A DNA stretch of 64,000 bases from Candidatus Atabeyarchaeum deiterrae (GCA_037310415.1 CP147780.1:1920001-1984000); one strand, 5' to 3'; positions 10,045 through 19,614 are shown, numbered from the stretch's first letter. Notes: a model not told the origin generated them from the letters alone. A program made the numbers and translations.

Positions 10045-10212
10045 GTTTCTGTCACCTTCCTGCAGCGGGATCAGTCTCTCTCTACACCTTGGCCTCGGAT
10101 TAGACTGTTTTCGTATATTAGTTTCCCTCAGTAAGGGAAATAACGAAATATCAAAAAACTCCAATGCTAAGTCTCGGCCCATTTTGGGGGGATGTGCTTA
10201 TCCAATCTTCTT

Positions 10213-10746
10213 CTAAGCCGGCAGGGTGGAACTAGCTCCTGACAGTTTGCCAGCGACTTTCTCGAAGGCTTTCTCTACGTTTTCACCTGTCTTGGCTGAT
10301 GTCTCAATGAAGTCGGCTCCGATGTCTTCAGCAAGTCTCTGACCTGAGTGAAAATGAACAACTGCAGGCAGATCAATCTTGTTGCCGATCAGAATGGTCG
10401 GTATCTTCTTTCGGACGATCTTATTGACGTCCTCGATCCAGAAGACGACATCCTCAAAAGTTCCAGGCCTTGTGACATCGTAGACTATGAATGCTGCTCT
10501 CGCTCCCTTGTAGTACTCTTGCCTTACCCTGCTGAACCCTTCTTGAGAAGCTATGTCCCATATCATAAGTGTGACAGTTCTTCGACCAATGCTATAGTCC
10601 TTGGAAGTTATGTTTGCGCCCAACGAAGGGAGGTAATTCTCTCTGAAAGAAGAGGTAACATGCTTGGCTACAATGCTTGTCTTTCCGACTGCAGCGTCCC
10701 CCAAGAACACTACTTTGAAGGTATACTTATCGGAACCAGATGGCAC
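10213..10746 (-). CDS. Rab-like small GTPase (Ras superfamily)
   Basis: G1 GDAAVGKTS, G2 PSLG, G3 WDIASQ, G4 NKID, G5 ETSAK, Rab-type YYKGA; no C-terminal Cys. Confidence 0.92.
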   Translation of the reverse strand: MPSGSDKYTFKVVFLGDAAVGKTSIVAKHVTSSFRENYLPSLGANITSKDYSIGRRTVTLMIWDIASQEGFSRVRQEYYKGARAAFIVYDVTRPGTFEDVVFWIEDVNKIVRKKIPTILIGNKIDLPAVVHFHSGQRLAEDIGADFIETSAKTGENVEKAFEKVAGKLSGASSTLPA

Positions 10747-10994
10747 AGAGCCTCAACCCCCAGCAACTCTCCTAGCACATAATTGGAGGCAGACGTGTCT
10801 CTTCCCCTTCCGTTAATAGGAAGGATCGGATGAAGTGATATCGGCTCATCTCGATGCTTCATCAGATGAGTTTCAGTGTGAGAAACGTAGTTCAAACCGT
10901 TCTATATGGGTTACGTTGCACTTGAGAATCTCGCAGTTTCAAAACCTACTCAGCGTCGGCAGAAACCTAATTCCCAGAATGGGGTTTGGGTGTC

Positions 10995-11996
10995 TCACTG
11001 TGGTTGTTTTTGCCCGCACCGACTGCAGTAGGATGAATCTGAGTCTAACCGCGCCTTGCATCGAATACAGTACTTCGCCGTGTGTGTTACAGAATCCTTT
11101 TTCGACACTACTATAATGAAGCGTCCAATATCCGAAGAAGTTACCTCAGAAGAAAGTTTTTCGGAAGGCGTTGAGACTGTAGGCGTTGAGGTCTGCCCGC
11201 TTGCCGCCCGAATCGTCGCGATCACCCGCGCGAGAGACGACGAAAACGCTTTCGATGCAGTGGCACCTGACGTCCCCAGAGTTTCCGCATCTTGCAGAAT
11301 CCCTGGCGGCTTCACGGACTTGGGCATGACAGAAAGTGGGGGAGCCATGAGCACAATTGGTGTGGAAGAAGACAATGGATTCAGATCTTCCCTCACATGA
11401 GTGATTATCTTATTCAAGGCAATCATGAGTTCGACAACAAAGTCCTGAGGACTGAAATCAGTTTCGATTTCCTTTCGCCATTTCTTGTGGTCATTGGTAA
11501 GATCGAATTCCACTTTGCCCAAAACAAAGTCATTCTTCTTTTCATATTCCAAGATGATTGCGCTGCTTAAGTGCCATAAGTCTCTTTGTCTCATAGCGAG
11601 AAGAGATTTGCACAGGTCTTCATCAGAAAGGATCCTCTGGAACCCTGGGGAAGTCATGGGTGTCATTGTGAATACTTCAACAATGTCACCAACTTTGGTT
11701 GACTTACGTATCCGAATCTCCCCCGAGCCAGCTCCACATTTATTTGGGTCAAAGATCAACGGGATGGGAAACCAGAGTCTGACCTTCGTATAGATTCCAG
11801 CATTAATGAACGCGATAACGGAACCCCATTCTCGCAACCTAAGAATCCTCGACGACAGCGGCTTAGACGACAACCCGACATTTGTGACCAGTACTGATAC
11901 CGAATCAACGACGGTGGATGCCTCTGAGGAGACACCCACTTCGCTCGGGTCAATCGCTTCCGACCTCGCAAAGGAAAGTCTCATGTCATTTCTCAT
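10995..11996 (-). CDS. Hypothetical protein with a Ser/Thr-rich linker and a C-terminal double zinc ribbon
   Basis: YCIRCKA..YCSRCG at the C-terminus. The frame stays open about 35 codons upstream without a canonical start, so the start is uncertain. Confidence 0.65.
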   Translation of the reverse strand: MRNDMRLSFARSEAIDPSEVGVSSEASTVVDSVSVLVTNVGLSSKPLSSRILRLREWGSVIAFINAGIYTKVRLWFPIPLIFDPNKCGAGSGEIRIRKSTKVGDIVEVFTMTPMTSPGFQRILSDEDLCKSLLAMRQRDLWHLSSAIILEYEKKNDFVLGKVEFDLTNDHKKWRKEIETDFSPQDFVVELMIALNKIITHVREDLNPLSSSTPIVLMAPPLSVMPKSVKPPGILQDAETLGTSGATASKAFSSSLARVIATIRAASGQTSTPTVSTPSEKLSSEVTSSDIGRFIIVVSKKDSVTHTAKYCIRCKARLDSDSSYCSRCGQKQPQ

Positions 11997-12224
11997 TACG
12001 TCAGCGAAGAACTCCTCAAGTCTTGACTTGGCGAAGCGTCTTGGAAGATACTCCTCAAAGACTAGTGGACTTGCGCTCGCCTTTGTCGCCCCCGGTTCGC
12101 CTCATATCAGGTCTCTACGGGAGAGGGAAATAAGATTTTCTGTCCTCGTTATGCGCATTAGGGAAAGTCGAAGCCTTTGCAGGCCAAAATCTTCATGGTA
12201 CAGATGTGCATCTGAGGAGTCGCA

Positions 12225-13352
12225 TCACACTCGCAACGATGAGACATCAACTCGGAACAGGTACACACCATAGGGAATGAAAAAGCTGACCATGAGGTAC
12301 ATGTACTTACCGTTTTCACCGAGCATGGATGGATGTGTGTAACCACCATACGAGAGCGGATACTCGGACGTCGGAATCGCGACACTAGGCTGGCTCCATG
12401 TCCCCCAGAGCGTGGAAGCGGTTCTAATGTTCACACCGAAGTGATAAGATGAACCGACAGCGACCCACTTGCCCAGGTAGGCGTTCCAAACCACGGAGCA
12501 TTCACCGATCGGTCCTTTGAAGATCGACACAGCTTGGGAAGAGTCAGACGTCCAATTGGGGATGCCGCCCAATGACCCCATATAGTACTCGTACGCGAGT
12601 TGAGAGAGAATTTTAGTTTTATCAACTCTGAGGAGATACGCATCACCAGCGCGACCTGCCTGAGTCGACAAGAGGTACAGGTAGTTCGAGACCAGTCCTC
12701 CTCCAACGACTGGTTCCCCCGCGTTGACAACGGCAAACTCGACAAATGTGCTATTGCCTCCCCAAGTCATGTTCTGGGCCTTAGTGAAAGTGTTTCCCCC
12801 ATCGAGTGAATATGCAATGGAGGCATTGTTTGCGATCCAGTCGCCGCCCCAAATCCACTGGCGGACGGACATATACCATATGTAGATCGTGCCGTTAATG
12901 CTTACCGCAGCCGTCGGGATGGCTGATATTTCTTTTCCGCTTTCCTTGATGCTAGGGATAAGCTCCTTAGCCTGACCTGTGCCGTTAAGTATCCAACCAT
13001 CGAAACGCAGACCGTCTATAGGGTCAAGATCTGAACCATGGGCCATCGTGTTTGACTTCTTTGCCTGGCTACAGGCTATGGTGTCTCCGAAAACGTAGTG
13101 CAGTTCTCCATTGTGGAGAAAGACGATACCCAAATCACACGCGTAAACATCAACAAGTTGAGCAGGGTTAATCGAGTCCTTACCTGTTTCCTTCGCCACC
13201 AGAATATGGGGCAAAGGTGCCGTCAACGCCACCATTGAAAACACGAGAATGGCCGTCAACCCACCTACGCCGGCAATGACGCCAACTTTCGCCAATCCAC
13301 TCATGCCAGCCGCCGCGGCCACTTGGCGTCTACGCCCCCACTTGCCAGTCAA
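12225..13352 (-). CDS. DUF4185 (GH183-like) glycoside hydrolase with an N-terminal signal/anchor
   Basis: CDLG, FGDT, SNT, IPT, YMSVRQW, GECSVVWNAYLGKW and YGGYTHP motifs; hydrophobic N-terminus. Confidence 0.8.
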   Translation of the reverse strand: MTGKWGRRRQVAAAAGMSGLAKVGVIAGVGGLTAILVFSMVALTAPLPHILVAKETGKDSINPAQLVDVYACDLGIVFLHNGELHYVFGDTIACSQAKKSNTMAHGSDLDPIDGLRFDGWILNGTGQAKELIPSIKESGKEISAIPTAAVSINGTIYIWYMSVRQWIWGGDWIANNASIAYSLDGGNTFTKAQNMTWGGNSTFVEFAVVNAGEPVVGGGLVSNYLYLLSTQAGRAGDAYLLRVDKTKILSQLAYEYYMGSLGGIPNWTSDSSQAVSIFKGPIGECSVVWNAYLGKWVAVGSSYHFGVNIRTASTLWGTWSQPSVAIPTSEYPLSYGGYTHPSMLGENGKYMYLMVSFFIPYGVYLFRVDVSSLRV

Positions 13353-13400
13353 GCCTAGTAATGCCTCCCGATAATCAAATTTTTGTGAACCCGCCTTGCA

Positions 13401-14168
13401 CTATGATCTTTGTTTGTCTATTTCCTCTTGTATTGCCGATCTCACGTTTTCCTCTGAGGAGGGTCCCAGTATCTTAACCTTGCCATTGATCAGAGGATCT
13501 GTTGTCCCATATTTCCTGATGGTGCTCAAGGTTGGCTTGATTTCCACCAGTCTAACCTTATCTCCAAAGCTCTGAGCGACCTTCTTGATCAAGCTGTACA
13601 TCGCCATTCCCACAGGACAAAAAGAGTGTTTAAACAATGTCACCTCAACTTTATCCCTCGAAGGCTTGTAAGTCACCTCTATGGGGTTAACGTCGACGTG
13701 CTCCTTCCAAAGTGGGAAATACATTAATCTGAACATTCCGTGCTCCCTAATCAGTTTGAATCCTTGTTTAGCGAATTGGTTATAGTGCATGTATTCTGGG
13801 ATTGTCGATGCGTCGACAAGTATTCCCTTGAATCCCCGTTTCTTTAGATCGTTTTTGGCGTAGTTGAACATCATTGTTCCGTAGCCTTTGCGCATTTGGT
13901 CGCGTAATACCTCTGTGCAGTAGATGAATGCGACGTTTGGCTCTACTTCAAATGGCACGAGCGCCTTCTGTGAACGCGAATAATAGATGTGGCCGACAAC
14001 CTTGCCGTCATCCAGCAGGTGATAACCGTCAACATGTCTCCCCAGATTCTGTTTAAACCACTTTCTCGATTCCGGCAAGAAGTCTGTCCAGTTTACGCCT
14101 GGTGGATTGTCTCCCATGCAACAATAGGTTCCACCAATATTCTTCAGAGTGACCTTCTCGACTTTCAT
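13401..14168 (-). CDS. GNAT acetyltransferase with a C-terminal thioredoxin/YoaP-like domain
   Basis: MRKGYGTMM acetyl-CoA motif, FAKQGF, FCP...LINGK. Confidence 0.85.
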   Translation of the reverse strand: MKVEKVTLKNIGGTYCCMGDNPPGVNWTDFLPESRKWFKQNLGRHVDGYHLLDDGKVVGHIYYSRSQKALVPFEVEPNVAFIYCTEVLRDQMRKGYGTMMFNYAKNDLKKRGFKGILVDASTIPEYMHYNQFAKQGFKLIREHGMFRLMYFPLWKEHVDVNPIEVTYKPSRDKVEVTLFKHSFCPVGMAMYSLIKKVAQSFGDKVRLVEIKPTLSTIRKYGTTDPLINGKVKILGPSSEENVRSAIQEEIDKQRS

Positions 14169-14388
14169 GCACCTTCCTCCACTGTACAGGATGGTGACTT
14201 GTCTCGCATTGATAAGTCTTACCAATACTCATAATCCAGTCTATTGTTTTGGTCGCTTGGGTCCACTCTGAGCGAACAAGCGGACTGTCAGTCTGAGCAC
14301 CTCGTTGTTCTAGGTGAATTCCAATAGATGAAAGCGATTACCTTAAATAGTCGGACATATGATTCTACTTGTTTGGAGATGATAGAAA

Positions 14389-15258
14389 ATGGTCACGTGC
14401 CCCAACTGCGGCAGCAAATTCTCTTTCAGGTCAACCTATAACCGCGGTTGTGTATGCCTCAGTTGCCGCGCCGTGGTCAGATTCAGAACTTCGAGATGCC
14501 CCAATTGTGGCAATCGGCTCTCTGGCAGAGCAATGTACGGCCAAGGTTTTGCATGCCCAAGCTGCCATTCCATCCTCAGGTTCCGAACCTCAGGTGCCGC
14601 CAGTTTATTCATGCTGCTACTTCTTGGCGTTTGGATCAGTCTCATTGGCGTATTTGGATTCCTCATCTTGCCTCTCATTCCGTTTATCATCATAGTGTCA
14701 AGCACTTTAAGGACCGTGGAGATTGCCGAACCAAGCACCTTTCCCACCATCGAACGCTCTCCGCTGACAAGGGAGCCAAGCACTCGGATACAGACGCGTC
14801 TCAGACGTGTCCCATCGACTGATGCTTCTGGAAACGAAACCGCCCTAGACAGCTCAAACGGCTTTCGACGCAGCTTGCGCGCTGGGAACTACTGTATCTA
14901 TTGTGGCGCCTCAGTATTGGAATCAACATGGAAATTCTGCTCCAACTGCGGGGCAAGCTTGCCAGAACAGACTGGCGAGTTGAGTGAATCGAACAGTGAG
15001 GAATCCTTTCCTGAATTAGGTTATGGCAGCCCCTGCATGGTTTGCGGTCTGGCTTTGCATCATTCGGACTTGATTGCATATTGCCCACACTGTGGCAACG
15101 GCGCACACATGGGACATATGCTTGAATGGCTTCATGTCAGAAGGCAATGTCCAGTCTGTGGTGAAACTCTTACTGAGCGAGAAGTTCTTGATAATAAGCG
15201 CATGAGGCAAGACTTCAGCGAATCGAACCGCATTCCACTCAGAGAAAATGCACATTGA
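14389..15258 (+). CDS. Membrane-anchored multi-zinc-ribbon protein with a C-terminal RING-like finger
   Basis: Two tandem CxxC..CxxC units, a hydrophobic hairpin, CIYCG..CSNCG, and a terminal CMVC-x12-CPHC-x4-H-x2-H-x3-W-x6-CPVC. Confidence 0.8.
   Translation: MVTCPNCGSKFSFRSTYNRGCVCLSCRAVVRFRTSRCPNCGNRLSGRAMYGQGFACPSCHSILRFRTSGAASLFMLLLLGVWISLIGVFGFLILPLIPFIIIVSSTLRTVEIAEPSTFPTIERSPLTREPSTRIQTRLRRVPSTDASGNETALDSSNGFRRSLRAGNYCIYCGASVLESTWKFCSNCGASLPEQTGELSESNSEESFPELGYGSPCMVCGLALHHSDLIAYCPHCGNGAHMGHMLEWLHVRRQCPVCGETLTEREVLDNKRMRQDFSESNRIPLRENAH
14398..14592 (+). repeat. Intragenic tandem repeat with a 99-bp period encoding two zinc ribbons
   Basis: CPNCGSKFSFRSTYNRGCVCLSCRAVVRFRTS versus CPNCGNRLSGRAMYGQGFACPSCHSILRFRTS; units start at 14398 and 14497. 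Confidence 0.85.
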
Positions 15259-15403
15259 CTGTCGGAAAGGAGGGCAGAATGGTGAATTAATAAGTTCCTC
15301 AGGCAACTGCTATTACACGGCGCAACGAGACTTCCCACCAGAAACTGCCGCAGCAGTAGAGCGCTATCTCAAGAGTCGTTTGTCCTTTTGGTGAGCTAAA
15401 ACG

Positions 15404-16336
15404 TTGACTGAGCGTCCCATCGCAGACATCCCGAAGGACGTGAAGTACGAGTTAGCTGAAGTCAAGAAGATGCTACATTATGTTAACGTTTGGTTCCTTC
15501 CGTTTCGTTGGGGAACCAACACATACAGAGGTTGCGAACATGATTGCATCTACTGCAACGCAAGATACACCCACGAGTACCTTGGTCTTTCGACTGGCGA
15601 TTTTGCTCAAAGAATCGTCGTTAAGAGTAATGCTGCCATTGTTCTTGACAAAGAGTTCTCCAGAGAAAAATGGGACAGAAAGCTGACAGTCAACCTCGCA
15701 ACGGTAACGGATCCATATCAGCCGGCCGAAAGCCTATACAAGATAACTCGGGCAACTCTAGACACGTTTCTGAGGCATCATAACGCATTGATGCTGACCA
15801 CAAAATCCGACCTCGTGCTGAGAGACCTGGACAAACTTGCCGAGATCGCGCAGACCGGTTTCATCAACGTGGTGATCACACTGCCAACCCTCAACGAAGA
15901 TCTTAGAAATAGGATAGAGCCAAAAGCGCCCACCGTAGAACGAAGACTAAGAACTATTCAGAAACTCCACCAATCAGGGATAACCGTGGGAGTGGCTGCG
16001 ATACCTCTTCTCCCACACATATCCGATAATGAAAAAGACGTGGAAGCGCTCATCAAGACCCTAGCTGAAACTGGAGCAGACTACGTGATCGCAGACCTGC
16101 TTAACTTTCGAGGAGAAGCAAGAGCAAGATTCACGAAGTTTTTGGCGGGCCATGACCCAAGTCTTATGCCAGAGTATGAGAAGCTTTACAGGGAGACCTA
16201 CTGTGATAAGACTTACACAAAGAGAATAAGAGGTCAAACAAATAGGCTCATTAAGGAGTACAAGGTCGACAACTACCATAGAATGTTTTCATATCGGAAG
16301 GGGCAGAAAAGTCAGTCTAAAAAGAGTCTCAACTAA
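15404..16336 (+). CDS. Radical SAM protein (SplB-like, Rv2578c/PA0069 family)
   Basis: YRGCEHDCIYCNAR, TDPYQPAE, TKSDLVLRDLD and EP.AP motifs. Confidence 0.9.
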   Translation: MTERPIADIPKDVKYELAEVKKMLHYVNVWFLPFRWGTNTYRGCEHDCIYCNARYTHEYLGLSTGDFAQRIVVKSNAAIVLDKEFSREKWDRKLTVNLATVTDPYQPAESLYKITRATLDTFLRHHNALMLTTKSDLVLRDLDKLAEIAQTGFINVVITLPTLNEDLRNRIEPKAPTVERRLRTIQKLHQSGITVGVAAIPLLPHISDNEKDVEALIKTLAETGADYVIADLLNFRGEARARFTKFLAGHDPSLMPEYEKLYRETYCDKTYTKRIRGQTNRLIKEYKVDNYHRMFSYRKGQKSQSKKSLN

Positions 16337-16358
16337 GTGCGCACCAAGGTGACATGAA

Positions 16359-17366
16359 GTGGCAGACTGGAAAGATATATTGAAAAAAAATCCCACAGAT
16401 TGGTTGCTGGAAAAAGATAACCCGTCAGTTAGGTATTTTGCATTGGCCGATCTCCTAAACAAGAGTGTGAATGACGCCGAGCTACGCGAGGCGAAAACCC
16501 AGATCATGCAAGTAGGAGTAGTGCCCAAGATCCTCAACAACCAAAAGAATGAGGGTTACTGGGGAACTCCCGGAGGGTACTACTCGGCCAAGTACAAGGG
16601 AACGGTTTGGCAACTTCTCATTCTGGCAGAACTTGGAGCTGACGGAAAGGATGAGCGAATAAAGAAAGCTTGCGAATTCATTCTTGAGAGCTCTCAAGAT
16701 CGAGAGAGTGGTGGTTTCTCCCCGTGGCACAGTGTGAAGGCTGGAGGAGGGAGGCATGGGGGAGTGATACCTTGCCTGACAGGCAACATGGTTTGGAGTC
16801 TGATTAGATTGGGCTATTTGGATGACCCAAGAGTTCAGAGAGGGATTGACTTTATCGTCAAATATCAAAGATACGATGATGGAGCGAGAGAAGATGTGAA
16901 AGGATGGCCATATGATCAGATGGTAATGTGTTTCGGAAAACATAGTTGCCATATGGGCGTTGTCAAAGTGCTAAAAGCTCTGGCAGAGATCCCAGCTGAG
17001 AAAAGATCAGGCAGCATGAAAGACAAGATCGAGAAAGGCGCCGAATACATCCTTCAACACCGCGTATACAAGAGAAGCCACGATCTAAGCAGGACCTGTA
17101 AACCAGGCTGGTTGCACTTTGGTTTTCCTTTAATGTACCAGACTGATGCTCTCGAGATTCTGTGCATTCTCACCAAGCTTGGGTACAGGGACAAGCGGAT
17201 GCAGGAAGCTATCGACTTGGTGGTCTCCAGGCAAGATGATCAAGGGCGTTGGAAGCTCGAAAACACCTTTAATGGGCGATTTGTTGTGAATATCGAACAG
17301 AAGGGTAAGCAAAGCAAGTGGGTCACGTTGAATGCTCTCAGAACCCTAAAAAGATTCTATAGCTAA
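16359..17366 (+). CDS. Prenyltransferase/squalene-cyclase-repeat protein of unknown function
   Basis: QxxxGxW repeats (QKNEGYW, QDDQGRW), PCLTGN, FPLMYQTD and SKWVTLNAL. Confidence 0.75.
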   Translation: MADWKDILKKNPTDWLLEKDNPSVRYFALADLLNKSVNDAELREAKTQIMQVGVVPKILNNQKNEGYWGTPGGYYSAKYKGTVWQLLILAELGADGKDERIKKACEFILESSQDRESGGFSPWHSVKAGGGRHGGVIPCLTGNMVWSLIRLGYLDDPRVQRGIDFIVKYQRYDDGAREDVKGWPYDQMVMCFGKHSCHMGVVKVLKALAEIPAEKRSGSMKDKIEKGAEYILQHRVYKRSHDLSRTCKPGWLHFGFPLMYQTDALEILCILTKLGYRDKRMQEAIDLVVSRQDDQGRWKLENTFNGRFVVNIEQKGKQSKWVTLNALRTLKRFYS

Positions 17367-17440
17367 CGAGGACAAGGAATGGAGAAGCATGCCAAGAAGT
17401 TGAACGCTCACTCAGCAAAAGATTTCTCAGGACGAGGCGG

Positions 17441-18112
17441 CTAGCGACTGTTATGTGAATGAGATTTCACCCAGTTATATTCGTCAGCAATCTTGGCTAA
17501 TGTCTTCCCCTTGTATCTCCTGCGGATCTGCTTTTCAACTTCGTTCCTAGTCATTCCTGCCGATCTCGCACGGTCACTTAGAACCTCCTTGATGTCACTC
17601 TGCACATCTGTCAGAAACTCCAAGTAACCGTCTGCAGTTTCACGAACCCGGCTGTTCCTGGCCTTGGACATCTTCCTGATTCTGATATCCCACATCACGA
17701 ATATCTCTGGGTTAAGCAAGTGGAGGGTTTTGGAAATCGTGGTTGGACTACCTAAATAAGGTAGCGGATCCAGCGTCTCGTATATTGTTCTAATGGCATT
17801 GGAAGACGTTCCATCACGGAAGTCGATGGTTGGGAACCTACTGCCCCTGATCACCTCAAACTCGCCCCTTAAACTGCGAAGCGTTCGACCAAGCAGAGAC
17901 CAGCTCAACGTCTTCCTGCCTACTACTCTTGCTAGACCGCCCCATTTGACGAGGAACTGCTTGATTATTCGTGCAAGGTGCTTAGTATCGTCTAGCCTGC
18001 CCATGTCCTCTTGGACACTTCTCAGCTTGCTGATAGAGTCGAAGTAAATGTCGTCGATTGATCCAAGTTCATTCGCTTCATCAACCGTCTGTACCAGATC
18101 ATCGTACTTCAT
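17441..18112 (-). CDS. Hypothetical protein with a DUF6308/HhH-glycosylase-like motif
   Basis: PTTISKTLHLLNPEIFVMWDIRIR and KTLAKIADEYNW. Confidence 0.55.
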   Translation of the reverse strand: MKYDDLVQTVDEANELGSIDDIYFDSISKLRSVQEDMGRLDDTKHLARIIKQFLVKWGGLARVVGRKTLSWSLLGRTLRSLRGEFEVIRGSRFPTIDFRDGTSSNAIRTIYETLDPLPYLGSPTTISKTLHLLNPEIFVMWDIRIRKMSKARNSRVRETADGYLEFLTDVQSDIKEVLSDRARSAGMTRNEVEKQIRRRYKGKTLAKIADEYNWVKSHSHNSR

Positions 18113-18260
18113 GTGTTCGTCCCACGGTTGACTACACTAAGTCCGTTACTTATTTGCTTCGCGAAGGGGATAGGTCGGCGCCCTTAGATCCCAGACAATA
18201 AAAATAAAAGAGTGGTAAATGTTCTGAAATATCAAGACTCGAGAATGTCATTGGCAAGGG

Positions 18261-18626
18261 GTGAGGAATCCGATGTGCCCTCATTATTGGTCATTAAGAG
18301 GAAGGACGACTTGCCCAAACTGCGGAGCAGGCATGGATAGACCAAGAAGAGATGAAGTGCTTCATTGCCAACGGTGCGGCGCCACTGTAGAGGAGGCTAG
18401 GGGCTTGGGCGGTGCTCTCTTAGGCGACGTAGAGCTGGTCACAGACCCAGAGAGGTCTGAGCCAGGGGAAGTTGACTTGACTGAACAAGAGGCAGAGGAT
18501 AAGTGGAGACGAGACCACGAAGACCAGCGTACTGAGGTCAACTACTGCGAGTTTTGCGGCGCAAAGATCAAGGAGTCAAATACGAAGTTCTGTCCGAATT
18601 GTGGCGCAAGCCTTGAGACCGACTGA
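18261..18626 (+). CDS. Small multi-zinc-ribbon protein
   Basis: CPNCG, CQRCG and YCEFCGA..KFCPNCGASL. Confidence 0.75.
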   Translation: MRNPMCPHYWSLRGRTTCPNCGAGMDRPRRDEVLHCQRCGATVEEARGLGGALLGDVELVTDPERSEPGEVDLTEQEAEDKWRRDHEDQRTEVNYCEFCGAKIKESNTKFCPNCGASLETD

Positions 18627-18990
18627 GTTAGTTTTTTCCGTCTCTCGACCGAACTAGGATGGATCTCTCGTCTTAGCCAAAAGATACGCAAAGATGATGG
18701 GAAACGGTTCGAATAGTTACTTTGAGGAGTCATTAACTTCGGATTTCGCTGGGAAACATGAAGGGCAATGAGATAACTCATACAGCGAAATTGAAATCGC
18801 TGTCTTGGTAATATGGCGAAATGTGTTGGAGGCGCGGATTAACTGTTTCTTCTTTTGGAAGAAAATCCCCTCCCCTCCTCCCCGCGCCTCCGACCTTATA
18901 TTCACAAAGTATCCATCATAAATTACTAGCATCCTGCATTATTCATTTGACATGCGCCGACTTTTCAATTCTCCACTCGTGCTTCTCAGC

Positions 18991-19614
18991 TTATCCCCAT
19001 TTTTTCATGAACTTCTCTGCCTTTTTTTTCGTGGCGGGTCGACTGTTCCTTAGTTCAACTCTAATGAAATCAAGTGCCTTCTCCCTCTCTTTGAGATCCA
19101 TAAAGTAGGTGTCGAGGGTAGATATTATGTGACCTTTGAGTACATTCTTGCACTCGGAGCCATGGTGCGTTTGATTGATGCTCAACAACGCATCTGTGAT
19201 TCTTGTCTGCAGTTCTGGTTTCGCCTTTGCGATGATCGCAGATACGCCAATAAGGCTGGCAGCTGTGATCATGCTTTCATCGTTAAGTAGCTTGTAGAGT
19301 TTTTCGAACAACCTAGCGATCTTGTTTTCCGAATCGACTCTTGTGAGATGCCCTATGATGAAAACCCCATCACACTTGAGGAAGGTGTTGCTACTATCCA
19401 GCATATCTGCAAAAAAGTCCCATTTAGGGTACAGAACTTGGGGGTTCCTCTCTCCAATAATCCTCAGTACTTTTGCGTTGCCATACTTGACTCTTGCCTT
19501 ATCAGATGAAATGCCTTGAAATACTTCGGAAAGCAACTTCTGGTCTTTCATCACTCTCTCTGCGATCCTCTCTGCGCCAACGTTCTTTTTCTCTAGGTCA
19601 GATGATAAACTCAA
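18991..19614 (-). CDS. HEAT/ARM-repeat helical protein
   Basis: RVKYGNAKVL..PQVLYPKWDFF, ESMITAA..IAKAKPEL and ECKNVL. Confidence 0.7.
   Translation of the reverse strand: MSLSSDLEKKNVGAERIAERVMKDQKLLSEVFQGISSDKARVKYGNAKVLRIIGERNPQVLYPKWDFFADMLDSSNTFLKCDGVFIIGHLTRVDSENKIARLFEKLYKLLNDESMITAASLIGVSAIIAKAKPELQTRITDALLSINQTHHGSECKNVLKGHIISTLDTYFMDLKEREKALDFIRVELRNSRPATKKKAEKFMKKWG

Noticed and set aside
10841-10890. CTGATGA and GAAA on the minus strand suggesting a hammerhead ribozyme
   Set aside because: The order and spacing of the two motifs cannot form the three hammerhead stems.
16359-17366. Family often labelled 'nitrogen fixation protein NifH'
   Set aside because: No P-loop or NifH Cys motifs; the protein has QW-type repeats instead.
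18624-18810. TGA stop followed by hairpins (ATGAG/CTCAT, ACAGCGA/TCGCTGT) as possible selenocysteine recoding with a SECIS
   Set aside because: The read-through sequence is not protein-like, there is no redox motif, and the stems lack SECIS geometry.
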